A stretch of 63,270 nt of DNA from Bacteroidaceae bacterium (GCA_963592505.1 CAVAXH010000001.1:1-63270); one strand, 5' to 3'. Counted from the stretch's first letter, positions 18,363 to 27,730 are shown. Notes: generated from the letters alone by a model not told the origin. Made by a program: numbers and translations.

Positions 18363-18998
18363 TCACGACTCGCCGTAATCGCTCGAGCCGCCTGTCAGCG
18401 CCGCGCCCCCGCCGTCGATGCGGCGTATGCGCTCCATGACCTCGGCAGGGATCTTGGCAGGCAGGTGCTCGTCGGGGTCGAAGAGCATGGCTGTGCAGAT
18501 GCAGAACTTGCGCCCCGTGCGCAGCAGGATGTCATGGTTGATGCACCCTTGGCATCCGCGCCAGAAGGCTTCGTCATCAGTGAGGTCATTGAACGTCACC
18601 GGATGGTAGCCCAGCTGGGTGTTCATCGTCATCACGGCCGAACCCGACGTGAGCGAGAAGATCTTGGCGTGGGGCCAACGCATGCGTGCCAGCGTGAAGG
18701 TGAGGTTCTTGATGCGCTTGGCCAGTCCGAGACCGCGGTAGTCGGGATGCACAATGAGGCCCGAGGTGGTGACATAGTGCTTGTTGCCCCATGTCTCAAT
18801 GTAACTGAATCCGGCAAAGCGGTCGCCTTCGAGCGCTATGACGGCCTTTGCCTCGCGCATCTTTGTGGCCACATACTCGGGCGAGCGCTTGGCGATACCC
18901 GTGCCGCGCACCTTGGCTGCGTCGGCAATGGTCGTAAGAATGGTGTCGACATACTTGATGTGACTCTCGTCGGCCACCACTACTTGTATTTCTTTCAT
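18363..18998 (-). CDS. Short GNAT N-acyltransferase (probable N-acylglutamate synthase, ArgA-like)
   Basis: LIVHPDYRGLGLAK acyl-CoA motif, C-terminal CxxC...CxC; lies between argR and argG. Confidence 0.75.
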   Translation of the reverse strand: MKEIQVVVADESHIKYVDTILTTIADAAKVRGTGIAKRSPEYVATKMREAKAVIALEGDRFAGFSYIETWGNKHYVTTSGLIVHPDYRGLGLAKRIKNLTFTLARMRWPHAKIFSLTSGSAVMTMNTQLGYHPVTFNDLTDDEAFWRGCQGCINHDILLRTGRKFCICTAMLFDPDEHLPAKIPAEVMERIRRIDGGGAALTGGSSDYGES

Positions 18999-19017
18999 CT
19001 ATCTTGTTATAAATCGT

Positions 19018-19482
19018 CTAACCCAATTCGTTGATGCCATCGATGACCGTGTTGTGGTCCACACCCTCGCGAAGCACGATGATGATGGTGTCATCGCCGG
19101 CGATGGTGCCCAGGATGTCGGCCACTTGGCTGTTGTCGATGTTATAGGCTATGGAACTGGCATAGCCGGGACGTGTCTTGATGACACCCAGATTACCCGA
19201 GAAGTTGATCGACAGGAAGCCGGGGTTGTTGAGCATCTCCTTCACCGACAGCGGCTTGTGCGAGCGGCGATACATGATCTCGTTGGGCAACACATAGACG
19301 TACTTGCCGTTCATGGAGGCAGCCTTGGCCACCTTCAGCTGTTTAAGGTCACGGCTCAGTGTGGCTTGCGTGAGCTTAAAGCCCTCGTTGTGCAACTCGC
19401 GGAGCACTTCTTCCTGGCTGCCCACCTCTTTACCCGAAATGATCATCTTTATGGCTTCAAGCCGGCGGTCTTTGGTCTTCAT
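19018..19482 (-). CDS. argR: Arginine repressor
   Basis: TQATLSRDLKQL, KTRPGYA, GTIAGDDT. Confidence 0.97.
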   Translation of the reverse strand: MKTKDRRLEAIKMIISGKEVGSQEEVLRELHNEGFKLTQATLSRDLKQLKVAKAASMNGKYVYVLPNEIMYRRSHKPLSVKEMLNNPGFLSINFSGNLGVIKTRPGYASSIAYNIDNSQVADILGTIAGDDTIIIVLREGVDHNTVIDGINELG

Positions 19483-19485
19483 ACG

Positions 19486-19562
19486 TGTATTTTTATTCTT
19501 TAATCGCATGCAAAGTTACTACATATTGCGCTAATCGACAAACATTTTTGCATATTTCTCAT
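19486..19562 (-). promoter_or_regulatory. arg operon promoter with candidate ARG boxes
   Basis: Minus strand TTTG (19539-19542)-N20-TAACTTTG (19511-19518); ARG-box-like TGTATTTTTATTCT (19486-19499) and TGCATATTTCTCAT (19549-19562). Confidence 0.6.
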
Positions 19563-19663
19563 AAAGCAATCTCAACATTACTGACATATCGCAACCAAAC
19601 CTTCATAAATATACGAAAACGCGGTGCAACAAATGCATAACCGCAACATACCGCCCGCCCGGT

Positions 19664-20647
19664 TCAGAACTCCACATAATGGCTTAGCCGTTCCATGTCC
19701 TTGGCCTTGAAATCGCTGAGCAGGCGGAGGTCGGCCAAGCTCTTCAGCGGTCCGCGCAGGCGGCGGTAGTCTACGATGGCCTTGGCTTGGTAATAGCTGA
19801 TGTAGGGATGACGCTTGAGCTGGTTGAGCGTGAGGCGGTTGACGGCGAGTTTCACTGTCGGCCCACTGACCTTGAAGAAGGCGAGGGCCTTCTCGGGGAA
19901 GTCCTCGATCTCAAGCAGTTGGTCGGCGCTGTAGAAGCCGCCCAGCCGTTGGCGGTAGGTGGCTATGCGGCGGGCATAGTAGGAGCCGATGCCCGGCACG
20001 CGCTTCAGCAGGGTGGTGTCGGCAGTGTTGAGGTCTATGGTTTCGGAGAGCTGCAGCTTCTGCGGGTAATGGGGCTTCAGGCTGTCGGGCACCGCATCGC
20101 CGTCAGCCCCTCCACGGCCGTTAGCGCTGCGGCCGGCATCGCCGTGACGGGAGCCATAGCGGCCGGCATCGCCGTAGCGGGTGCCATAGCGGTCGGCGGC
20201 AGGCTGATAGTCGGCGCTTATGCGGATATAGGGCTCCAGTTCGCGGTATTGCTTCTGCGTGAGTCCGTAGAGGTTGGCAAAGTCGGAGGGTTTGCTGTAG
20301 ACACCGCCGGCGGCACGGTAGCGGTAGATGTTGCGCACCTGCCACGGTTGCAGGCCGAGCCGCAACAGCTGGGTGCTGTCGGCGGTGTTGGGGTCGAAGG
20401 GGAACCGTTCGACGCGCCGCACGCTGTCCTGCCGGTAATAGCTGTTGTTGCCTCCCGTTCGGCCGGTTGCATCGGCATATCGATGGAGCGAGTCGGCGGG
20501 CGGCGTGCCTTGCGTTGACGACAAGGGCGGCTGGTCGTCGCCGCCAAGATACACCACCACAGCTATGGCCACAACAAACAGCACCAGGAAGAAGATCACG
20601 ATGCTGCGGTCTGACCGGTTGAAATAGAAGAAATCTTTTAGTTTCAT
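19664..20647 (-). CDS. ComEA-like helix-hairpin-helix DNA-binding membrane protein
   Basis: N-terminal TM, FDPNTAD..QLLRLGL, IDLNTADTTLLKRVPGIG, repeated HhH units. Confidence 0.88.
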   Translation of the reverse strand: MKLKDFFYFNRSDRSIVIFFLVLFVVAIAVVVYLGGDDQPPLSSTQGTPPADSLHRYADATGRTGGNNSYYRQDSVRRVERFPFDPNTADSTQLLRLGLQPWQVRNIYRYRAAGGVYSKPSDFANLYGLTQKQYRELEPYIRISADYQPAADRYGTRYGDAGRYGSRHGDAGRSANGRGGADGDAVPDSLKPHYPQKLQLSETIDLNTADTTLLKRVPGIGSYYARRIATYRQRLGGFYSADQLLEIEDFPEKALAFFKVSGPTVKLAVNRLTLNQLKRHPYISYYQAKAIVDYRRLRGPLKSLADLRLLSDFKAKDMERLSHYVEF

Positions 20648-20666
20648 GCCTACCTATGCAAACGGA

Positions 20667-22010
20667 TCACACGATGCCCATCTGATGCAGGAACACCAGC
20701 AGGATGCACACTGGCGAGATATATCGTATGATGAAGAGCCACGCCGAAAAGAGCGATGAGCGCAGCGTGCCCCAGTTGGTCACCTCGTCGCGGATGGTCT
20801 GCCAGGGCACAGCCCACCCCACAAGGATGCAGGTGAAGAAGGAGCCCAGGGGCAGGAGGATGTTGGATGTCAGGTAATCACAGCAGTCGAGAAAGCTCTT
20901 GCCAAACAGACTGATGTCTGCCGCCCCGCACGACAGCGAGCAGAGCACGCCGATGACGCAGCAGGCCACCGTCTCGACCAAGGCTCCGCGCTTGCGCGAC
21001 ACATGCAACTCCTCGTAGAAGAAGGAGGTGCCGATCTCGTGCATGGAGATGGTGGAGGTCAGCGCTGCCAGCGACAGCAGTGCATAGAAGAGGATGGCGA
21101 TGACGTAGCCCACCACAGGAGTGAAAGCCTGCTGGAACACGTTGGGCAGGGTGATGAAGATGAGCGAGGGGCCGCTGTCGGGGCGCACGCCCACCGAGAA
21201 GGCTGCCGGAAAGATCATCAGACCGGCGAGCACGGCGATGGCCGTGTCGATGAGGGCTATCTGGCCTGCCGTCTTCAGCAGGTTGGTCTGACGGCTGAAG
21301 TAGGAGGCATAGGTGCAGAGACAGGCTGTGCCCAGCGAGAGCGAGAAGAAGGCCTGTCCCAGCGCATCGAGCATCACGCTGTGCGACATACGCGAGAAGT
21401 CGGGCTTGAACAGAAACTCCACGCCCTTCATGGCACCGGGCAGCGAGCACGAGGCCACGACGATGATGAGCAGCAGCACAAAGAGGATGGGCATGAGGGC
21501 ATTGCTGAACTTCTCGATGCCCCGGCGCACGCCGCGGATCACCACCATGTGGGTGATGACGATGAACGCCACCGTCCACAACGTGGGCAGCAGCGGGTCG
21601 GAGGAGAACTTCGTGAAGTAGGCCGACACATAGGCGGCATCGCCGTGGAGACCGCCTGCACACGAGGCCACCAGATACTGCAGGCACCAGCCGGCGATGA
21701 CGGCATAGAAGCCCAGGATGATCATCGACGTGATGGTGCCCATGTAGCCTATGGCCGACCACCAGCGGCCACCCATCTTGAAGTAGGCGCGCACGGCATT
21801 GGACGCTCCGTGACGCCCCACAATAAACTCGGCCACCATGCCAGGAATGCCCAGCATGAGGATGCACACTGCATAGACGAGGATGAAGGCGGCACCGCCG
21901 TCCTGTCCGGCCATATAGGGGAAACGCCAGATGTTGCCCAAGCCGACAGCCGACCCGGCGGTGGCGAGCACCACGCCTATCTTTGTTGCAAAATTACCAC
22001 GCTCTGCCAT
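20667..22010 (-). CDS. Sodium-dependent transporter (NSS family), paralog 2
   Basis: AGSAVGLGNIWRFPY, GQAFFSLSLG, GPSLIFITLP. Confidence 0.95.
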   Translation of the reverse strand: MAERGNFATKIGVVLATAGSAVGLGNIWRFPYMAGQDGGAAFILVYAVCILMLGIPGMVAEFIVGRHGASNAVRAYFKMGGRWWSAIGYMGTITSMIILGFYAVIAGWCLQYLVASCAGGLHGDAAYVSAYFTKFSSDPLLPTLWTVAFIVITHMVVIRGVRRGIEKFSNALMPILFVLLLIIVVASCSLPGAMKGVEFLFKPDFSRMSHSVMLDALGQAFFSLSLGTACLCTYASYFSRQTNLLKTAGQIALIDTAIAVLAGLMIFPAAFSVGVRPDSGPSLIFITLPNVFQQAFTPVVGYVIAILFYALLSLAALTSTISMHEIGTSFFYEELHVSRKRGALVETVACCVIGVLCSLSCGAADISLFGKSFLDCCDYLTSNILLPLGSFFTCILVGWAVPWQTIRDEVTNWGTLRSSLFSAWLFIIRYISPVCILLVFLHQMGIV

Positions 22011-22109
22011 AGATGACGGTTACCTGATGTAATATAAAAATGTTGTATGTAAATGTAATATGTAGATACAGTATATAAAGATATGTAGGTACAGTATGTA
22101 AGACGTGTG

Positions 22110-23468
22110 TCAGATGATGTTGAACTGATGCAGGAAGATGCTCAGTATGGCCAACGGACACACATAGCGCACGAGAAACAGGAACAGGCCAAACCAACGC
22201 TGGCTGACGGTGCCCCAGTTGGTAAACTCGTCTTTCACCACCTGTCGCGGCACAAACCAGCCGAGGAACAGGCAGGTGAGGAAGCCACCTATGGGAAGGA
22301 AGATCTGGCCGGTCACGAAGTCGAACACGTCGAAGAGCGACTTGCCGCAGACCTGCAGTCCGTCGAGCTGTCCCAGCGAGAGCGAGCAGAAGGCGCCGAT
22401 GACAAACGTCGACACCGTGACGATGCAAGCTCCTTTCTTGCGGGAGATATGCAGTTCCTCATAGAAGAAGGCGGTGCTCACCTCATGGAGCGACATGAGC
22501 GAGGTGAGCGCGGCCAGCGACAGCAGGGCATAGAACAGCAGGGAGATGACCCATCCCAGCACAGGCATGCCGGCAAAAGCCTCGTTGAACACATTGGGCA
22601 GGGTGATGAAGATGAGCGACGGACCGCTGTCGGGATTGACTCCCACCGAGAAGGCGGCCGGGAAAATCATCAGTCCAGCGAGGATGGCCACCAGCGAGTC
22701 GATGACCGAGATCTGTATGGCCGACTGCAGCAGATTGGTGTGGCGCGAGAAATAGGAGGCGTAGGTGCAGATGCACCCCATGGCGATGCTCAGCGAGAAA
22801 AACGACTGGCCGAGGGCTCCGAGAAACACATCCTGGCTGAACTTGGTGAAGTCGGGTTTCAGCAGAAACTCTATGCCCTTGACCGCTCCGGGAAGCATGC
22901 ACGAGCACACCACGATGACGAGCAGCAAGATGAACAGTGTGGGCATCAGCAGCTTGGACGCCTTCTCGATGCCGCCCCGCACGCCATGGATGATGACGAA
23001 ATGCGTGATGAGCAAGATGGCGGCAAGCCAGAACACCGGACGTATGGCGTCAGTGGAGAACGTCTGGAAATAGCCTTTCACAAACTGCGGGTCGCCATGC
23101 AACTCTCCCACCACCGAGGCATAGATATACTGCAGGCACCATCCCGACACCACGGCATAATAGCCCGTGATGAGGAAACCCGTAAGGACACCCAGGAACC
23201 CTACATATTTCCATGCACTGCCATGCGCCATCTTGGAGTAGGCGCGATAGGTGTTGGCGGCTCCGCGACGGCCGATGATAAACTCGCCGACCATGCAGGG
23301 GATGCCCAACAGCAACACACAACCAATATAAACAAGGATGAAAGCGGCACCGCCGTCCTGCCCGGCCATGTAGGGGAAACGCCACACGTTGCCCAAGCCC
23401 ACGGCACCGCCGGCAGTGGCAAGGATCATGCCCAACTTACTTCCAAACTTAGCTCTTTCTTCTGTCAT
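22110..23468 (-). CDS. Sodium-dependent transporter (NSS family), paralog 1
   Basis: AGGAVGLGNVWRFPY, GQSFFSLSIA, GPSLIFITLP; start MTEERAKF. Confidence 0.95.
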   Translation of the reverse strand: MTEERAKFGSKLGMILATAGGAVGLGNVWRFPYMAGQDGGAAFILVYIGCVLLLGIPCMVGEFIIGRRGAANTYRAYSKMAHGSAWKYVGFLGVLTGFLITGYYAVVSGWCLQYIYASVVGELHGDPQFVKGYFQTFSTDAIRPVFWLAAILLITHFVIIHGVRGGIEKASKLLMPTLFILLLVIVVCSCMLPGAVKGIEFLLKPDFTKFSQDVFLGALGQSFFSLSIAMGCICTYASYFSRHTNLLQSAIQISVIDSLVAILAGLMIFPAAFSVGVNPDSGPSLIFITLPNVFNEAFAGMPVLGWVISLLFYALLSLAALTSLMSLHEVSTAFFYEELHISRKKGACIVTVSTFVIGAFCSLSLGQLDGLQVCGKSLFDVFDFVTGQIFLPIGGFLTCLFLGWFVPRQVVKDEFTNWGTVSQRWFGLFLFLVRYVCPLAILSIFLHQFNII

Positions 23469-23495
23469 ACTAACGTTTTCATTTCTTTGCGCTTG

Positions 23496-23523
23496 CAAAA
23501 TTAGAAAAAAATATCTACTTTTG
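23496..23523. promoter_or_regulatory. Back-to-back -7 promoter elements for the NSS operon and vanZ
   Basis: Minus strand TAATTTTG (23496-23503); plus strand TACTTTTG (23516-23523). Confidence 0.6.
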
Positions 23524-23542
23524 CATTAAAGCGAAAGCAAAA

Positions 23543-23998
23543 ATGAAAGATTTGTATAACATATTAAGAACCTACCCGTTGTCGTGGCTCTGCGTGGCCG
23601 TCATCTGGATCCTCTGCCTGATGCCCATTCCCGAGACACCGCTGAGCGATGTGAGCATGATCGACAAATGGACCCACTTCGTGATGTTCGGCGGTCTGTG
23701 TGCCGTCATCTGGGGCGAGCATGTTTTTCGGCACACCCAGCCCAACCGTCGCTTCCTGTGGCTGTGGGCCTTCGCGGTGCCCCTGCTGATGGGCGGCGCA
23801 GTGGAACTGGCTCAAGCCACCTGCACCGGCGGGCGGCGCAGCGGCGATGTGGCCGACTGGGTGGCCGACGGCATCGGCGTGCTCATTGGTCAGCTGGCCG
23901 GTATGCTTCTGGCACGTGTTGCCGCCAGTTGCAGAAAGGATCGGAGAGCAGATGCGAGTTGCGGTAGTGGGGATCGCCCGTCACCTCAGGACCGATGA
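23543..23998 (+). CDS. VanZ family membrane protein
   Basis: DKWTHFVMFGGL, ELAQ...GRRSGDVADWVADGIG. Confidence 0.85.
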   Translation: MKDLYNILRTYPLSWLCVAVIWILCLMPIPETPLSDVSMIDKWTHFVMFGGLCAVIWGEHVFRHTQPNRRFLWLWAFAVPLLMGGAVELAQATCTGGRRSGDVADWVADGIGVLIGQLAGMLLARVAASCRKDRRADASCGSGDRPSPQDR

Positions 23999-24395
23999 AA
24001 TCGGGCTTTTCGTAGGCTTCGTCCTCACCGGCGAGCTCCACCTCAGCCACCACCAGTCCGGCATTGGCTCCATGAAACTCGTCGACCTCGAAGGTGTGCC
24101 GCCCGCTCTTCACCAGCCAGCGGTGCTTGTCGACCACGCCACCCTGGCACAGGGCCATCAGCTGCGTGGCCTCATCGACCGTTATCTCTTTCTCAAACTC
24201 ATAGCGGGTCAGCCCGCCATTGGTGCTATGACTCTTTATGGTCAGGTAGCCCTTCTCGTCGCGCACACGGATGCGCACCGTAGCCCCCTTGGCAGGGATA
24301 TAGCCCTGCTGGATGTGGCTACAAGAAAAGGCGGCGCGTTTGTATGCGTCGCCTTTCTTGACGAGAAACTTGCGTTCTATCTCAAGTCCACTCAT
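23883..24395 (-). CDS. CYTH domain protein (triphosphate tunnel metalloenzyme)
   Basis: EIERKFLV, I.QGY, VRIR, RYEFE, FEVDEF.G...GL..AEVEL; start MSGLEIERK. Confidence 0.92.
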   Translation of the reverse strand: MSGLEIERKFLVKKGDAYKRAAFSCSHIQQGYIPAKGATVRIRVRDEKGYLTIKSHSTNGGLTRYEFEKEITVDEATQLMALCQGGVVDKHRWLVKSGRHTFEVDEFHGANAGLVVAEVELAGEDEAYEKPDFIGPEVTGDPHYRNSHLLSDPFCNWRQHVPEAYRPADQ

Positions 24396-24469
24396 TACTT
24401 TCTTTCGATATTTCTTTCCGTATTCGTTTCGATAACCGTTACGATGTCCGTTACGGCATCGGCAGAGGA

Positions 24470-24667
24470 TTATCTCACGATGTACATCGTCCAGATGACA
24501 TAAAGGATGGCGAGCACAACGAGGGTACCGAATACCCACTTGACGACGACCTCGCCCTGGTCTTTCTGTTTCTGCTCACGGCTCTGCTGACTGGCGGGCT
24601 TTGTGGTCTTGCCCACGGGGTTCACCTCGTGCACTACCGGGTGCTTGTCTACTTTCTTTTTACTCAT
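24470..24667 (-). CDS. Small hypothetical protein with a C-terminal TM anchor
   Basis: 65 aa, hydrophilic N-terminus and one hydrophobic C-terminal helix; co-oriented between prfB and the CYTH gene. Confidence 0.7.
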   Translation of the reverse strand: MSKKKVDKHPVVHEVNPVGKTTKPASQQSREQKQKDQGEVVVKWVFGTLVVLAILYVIWTMYIVR

Positions 24668-24738
24668 ACGTTCAATATTTAAGGTTTTACAGTTGTATTG
24701 GCATTTACGTTATGCGGCAGGACGGACCTCCACCTTCA

Positions 24739-25863
24739 CTATTCGGCTTCGCCCTCGGAGGGGAACTCCATGAGGTAAGCCTTGATGAAACCGTCGATTT
24801 TACCGTCCATCACCCCGTCGACATCCGACGTCTGGAATCCGGTGCGATGATCCTTCACGCGGCGGTCGTCGAAGACATAGCTGCGTATCTGGCTACCCCA
24901 CTCTATCTTCTTCTTGCCGGCCTCGATCTTGGCCTGCTCCTCCTGCTTCTTCTTCAGCGCACGGTCGTAGAGCTGGCTCTTCAGCAGCTGCATGGCCTTG
25001 GCACGGTTCTTGGGCTGGTCGCGCGTCTCGGTGTTCTCAATGAGGATCTCCTCCTTCTCGCCGGTGTCGGGGTCTTCATACTGGTAGCGCAGGCGCACAC
25101 CCGACTCCACCTTGTTGACGTTCTGGCCGCCGGCACCCGAGCTGCGGAACGTGTCCCAGCTGACCTTGGCCGGGTCGACATACACCTCGATGGTGTCGTC
25201 GACAAGCGGTGTGACAAACACGCTGGCGAAACTCGTCATGCGCTTTCCCTGTGCATTGTAGGGCGACACCCGCACCAGGCGGTGCACACCGTTCTCGCTC
25301 TTCAGGAAGCCGTAGGCATACTCGCCGCCCTCGATGGTGATGGTGGTGCTCTTCACGCCCACCTCTTCGCCGGGCTGCAGGTCGCTGACGGTGACCTTGT
25401 AGCCGTTGGCCTCGCACCAGCGCATATACATACGCATGAGCATCTGTGCCCAGTCCTGTGCCTCGGTGCCTCCGGCGCCCGAATTGATTTTCATCACGGC
25501 ATCCATGGAGTCTTCCTCCTGCCGCAGCATGTTCTTCAGCTCGAGATCCTCTATGGCGTGGATGGCCTTGGCATAGTCGGCATCGACCTCCTCCTCGGTC
25601 ACCATCTCCTCTTTATAAAAGTCGAAGGCCAACTGCAGTTCATCGGCACACTGGCGCACTTCGTTGTAGCCTTTCAGCCACTTCTCTATGCCCTTCACCT
25701 TTTTCATCTGGACCTCAGCCCGCTTGGGGTCGTCCCAGAAGTCGGGAGCCTGCGTGCGCAGCTGCTCCTCTTCGAACTCCACTTTCTTTTGGTCGATATT
25801 GAGATAATGATGGAGCTTTTCGGCGCGGTCCATCACATCCTTCAGTTGGTCTGCTGTAATCAT
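24739..25863 (-). CDS. prfB: Peptide chain release factor 2 (continuous ORF, no frameshift)
   Basis: GAGGTEAQDWA, GVHRLVRVSPY (SPF-type motif), GAGGQNVNK, WGSQIRSY. Confidence 0.97.
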   Translation of the reverse strand: MITADQLKDVMDRAEKLHHYLNIDQKKVEFEEEQLRTQAPDFWDDPKRAEVQMKKVKGIEKWLKGYNEVRQCADELQLAFDFYKEEMVTEEEVDADYAKAIHAIEDLELKNMLRQEEDSMDAVMKINSGAGGTEAQDWAQMLMRMYMRWCEANGYKVTVSDLQPGEEVGVKSTTITIEGGEYAYGFLKSENGVHRLVRVSPYNAQGKRMTSFASVFVTPLVDDTIEVYVDPAKVSWDTFRSSGAGGQNVNKVESGVRLRYQYEDPDTGEKEEILIENTETRDQPKNRAKAMQLLKSQLYDRALKKKQEEQAKIEAGKKKIEWGSQIRSYVFDDRRVKDHRTGFQTSDVDGVMDGKIDGFIKAYLMEFPSEGEAE

Positions 25864-25921
25864 GTGTTGTTGTCTTGCATGTTGCGGCCCACAGGCTGGC
25901 GTTGACGCCGGCACTGCAGCC

Positions 25922-27730
25922 TTATTCCTGATACATCTTGTCGATAACCTCCTTGTAGTTCTTGTTGATCACGGGGCGTCTCATCTTCAGCGTGCTGGTG
26001 AGCTCACCGGTCTCCATGGAGAAGTGGTGGGGCAGCAGCGTGAAGCGCTTGATCTGCTCGTAGCCAGCCAGCGACTGCTGCAGCGTGGCGATGCGCTCCA
26101 TCATCATGGCGCGCACGTCGTCGTTGGCACACAGCTCCTCGTTGTTGGCAAAGCGCACACCATGTTCGCGTGCCCACTCCTCGAGCACACTGAACTGCGG
26201 CACGATGAGCGCCGACACAAACTTGCGCTGGTCGGCGATGACAGCCACCTGGTCGACATACTTGTCGACAAGCAGCAGCGACTCCACCATCTGCGGTGCC
26301 ACATACTTGCCGTTGCTGGTCTTGAAGAGATCCTTGATGCGTTCACGCAGATAGAGCTCGCCGTCCTTCACATAGCCGGCATCGCCCGTGTGGAAGAAGC
26401 CGTCCTTGTCGAAAGCCTGCGCATTGGCCTCGTCGCGGTGGTAATAGCCCGGCGTGATGGTGGGGCCCTTGAGCAGAATCTCGTCGTTTTCGCCAATCTT
26501 CAGCTCCAGTCCGTCGACCACGCGTCCCACCGAACCGATGGTGAGCTTCTGGTTCTTACGGTCGCACGACACGGTGGCCAGACTCTCCGTAAGACCATAG
26601 CCCACGATCATCATGATGCCGATGGAATGGATGAACTGCTCCACCTCGGGCGACACGTAGGCGCCTGCTGTCGGGAAGATATTGGGGTTTTCGAGTCCCA
26701 GCTGCTTGCGCACCAGGCTGAGCACGGTGCGGTTGACCACCTGATACTCGAGCGACAGCGCCAGAGGCGGGCGCTTGCCGTTGGCCAGATATTCCACATT
26801 ATACTTTCGGCCGACGTTAAGTGCATGGTTGAACAGGCGTCGCTGCACACCCGATGCCCCGTCCATCTTGGCCTTGACAGCCTGATAGACCTTCTCCCAG
26901 AAGCGGGGCACGCTCGACATGCAGGTGGGGTGCGTCTCACGCATCGACTCCTGTATCTCCTTGGGATAGGTGTTCACGATGAGCTGTGCTCCTACCGACA
27001 GGCACAGATAGGCCCATCCGCGCTCGAAGACATGGGTGAAGGGCAGGAAGTTGATGACACGGTCTTTCTCGGTGACATCCACACACTTGCCGTTGGCCAC
27101 TATGGCGGCATTATACTGTCGGTGGCTAAGGATCACGCCTTTGCTCTCACCGGTGGTGCCGCTGGTGTAGAGAATGTTGCAGATGTCGTCGAAGCTGGCC
27201 TCGCTCCACAGCTTCTCCACCTCGGTCTGGCGCGGCAGCCCCTCGCCCAACTTCAGGAAGTCGTCGAAATAGATGGCGTTGGGGTCGTGGCTGCTGACCC
27301 GCACGCTGTCGTCGAAGATGATGATGCGTTCGAGCGACGGGCAGAGCGGGAAGATGCGGTGCGCCTTGTCGTACTGTTCCTGTTCGCCCACGAAGAGGAA
27401 GCGCACCTCGGCATCGTTGACCATATACTGTATCTGGCGCTCCGAATTGGTGGCGTAGAAGGGTATGGAGATGACGCGCACGCCATAGGCACCGAAATCG
27501 GTGTAAAGATATTGAATGCAGTTTTGCGAGAACACCGCTATCTTGTCCTGGGGCTTTACACCGAGGTTAAGCAGGGCATTGCTCACTTGCTTCACCCGCA
27601 GCGAGAACTGGTTCCACGAGACGGTCTTCCACTTCAGGCTGCCGAAACTGCGGAAAGTCAGTGCGGGGCGTGAGCCATACGTCTTGGCTTGCTCATGGAT
27701 GAGCACAGAGAGATGACTTAAATTCTGCAT
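25922..27730 (-). CDS. Long-chain fatty acid-CoA ligase
   Basis: LYTSGTTGESKGV, GYGLTES, FHTGDAG, RIKDLFKTSNGKYVAP, ELTSTLK. Confidence 0.93.
   Translation of the reverse strand: MQNLSHLSVLIHEQAKTYGSRPALTFRSFGSLKWKTVSWNQFSLRVKQVSNALLNLGVKPQDKIAVFSQNCIQYLYTDFGAYGVRVISIPFYATNSERQIQYMVNDAEVRFLFVGEQEQYDKAHRIFPLCPSLERIIIFDDSVRVSSHDPNAIYFDDFLKLGEGLPRQTEVEKLWSEASFDDICNILYTSGTTGESKGVILSHRQYNAAIVANGKCVDVTEKDRVINFLPFTHVFERGWAYLCLSVGAQLIVNTYPKEIQESMRETHPTCMSSVPRFWEKVYQAVKAKMDGASGVQRRLFNHALNVGRKYNVEYLANGKRPPLALSLEYQVVNRTVLSLVRKQLGLENPNIFPTAGAYVSPEVEQFIHSIGIMMIVGYGLTESLATVSCDRKNQKLTIGSVGRVVDGLELKIGENDEILLKGPTITPGYYHRDEANAQAFDKDGFFHTGDAGYVKDGELYLRERIKDLFKTSNGKYVAPQMVESLLLVDKYVDQVAVIADQRKFVSALIVPQFSVLEEWAREHGVRFANNEELCANDDVRAMMMERIATLQQSLAGYEQIKRFTLLPHHFSMETGELTSTLKMRRPVINKNYKEVIDKMYQE

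Noticed and set aside
24396..24469. Degenerate ~12-bp repeats (CCGTTACG x2) upstream of the CYTH gene
   Set aside because: Short, weak low-complexity pattern with no clear structure
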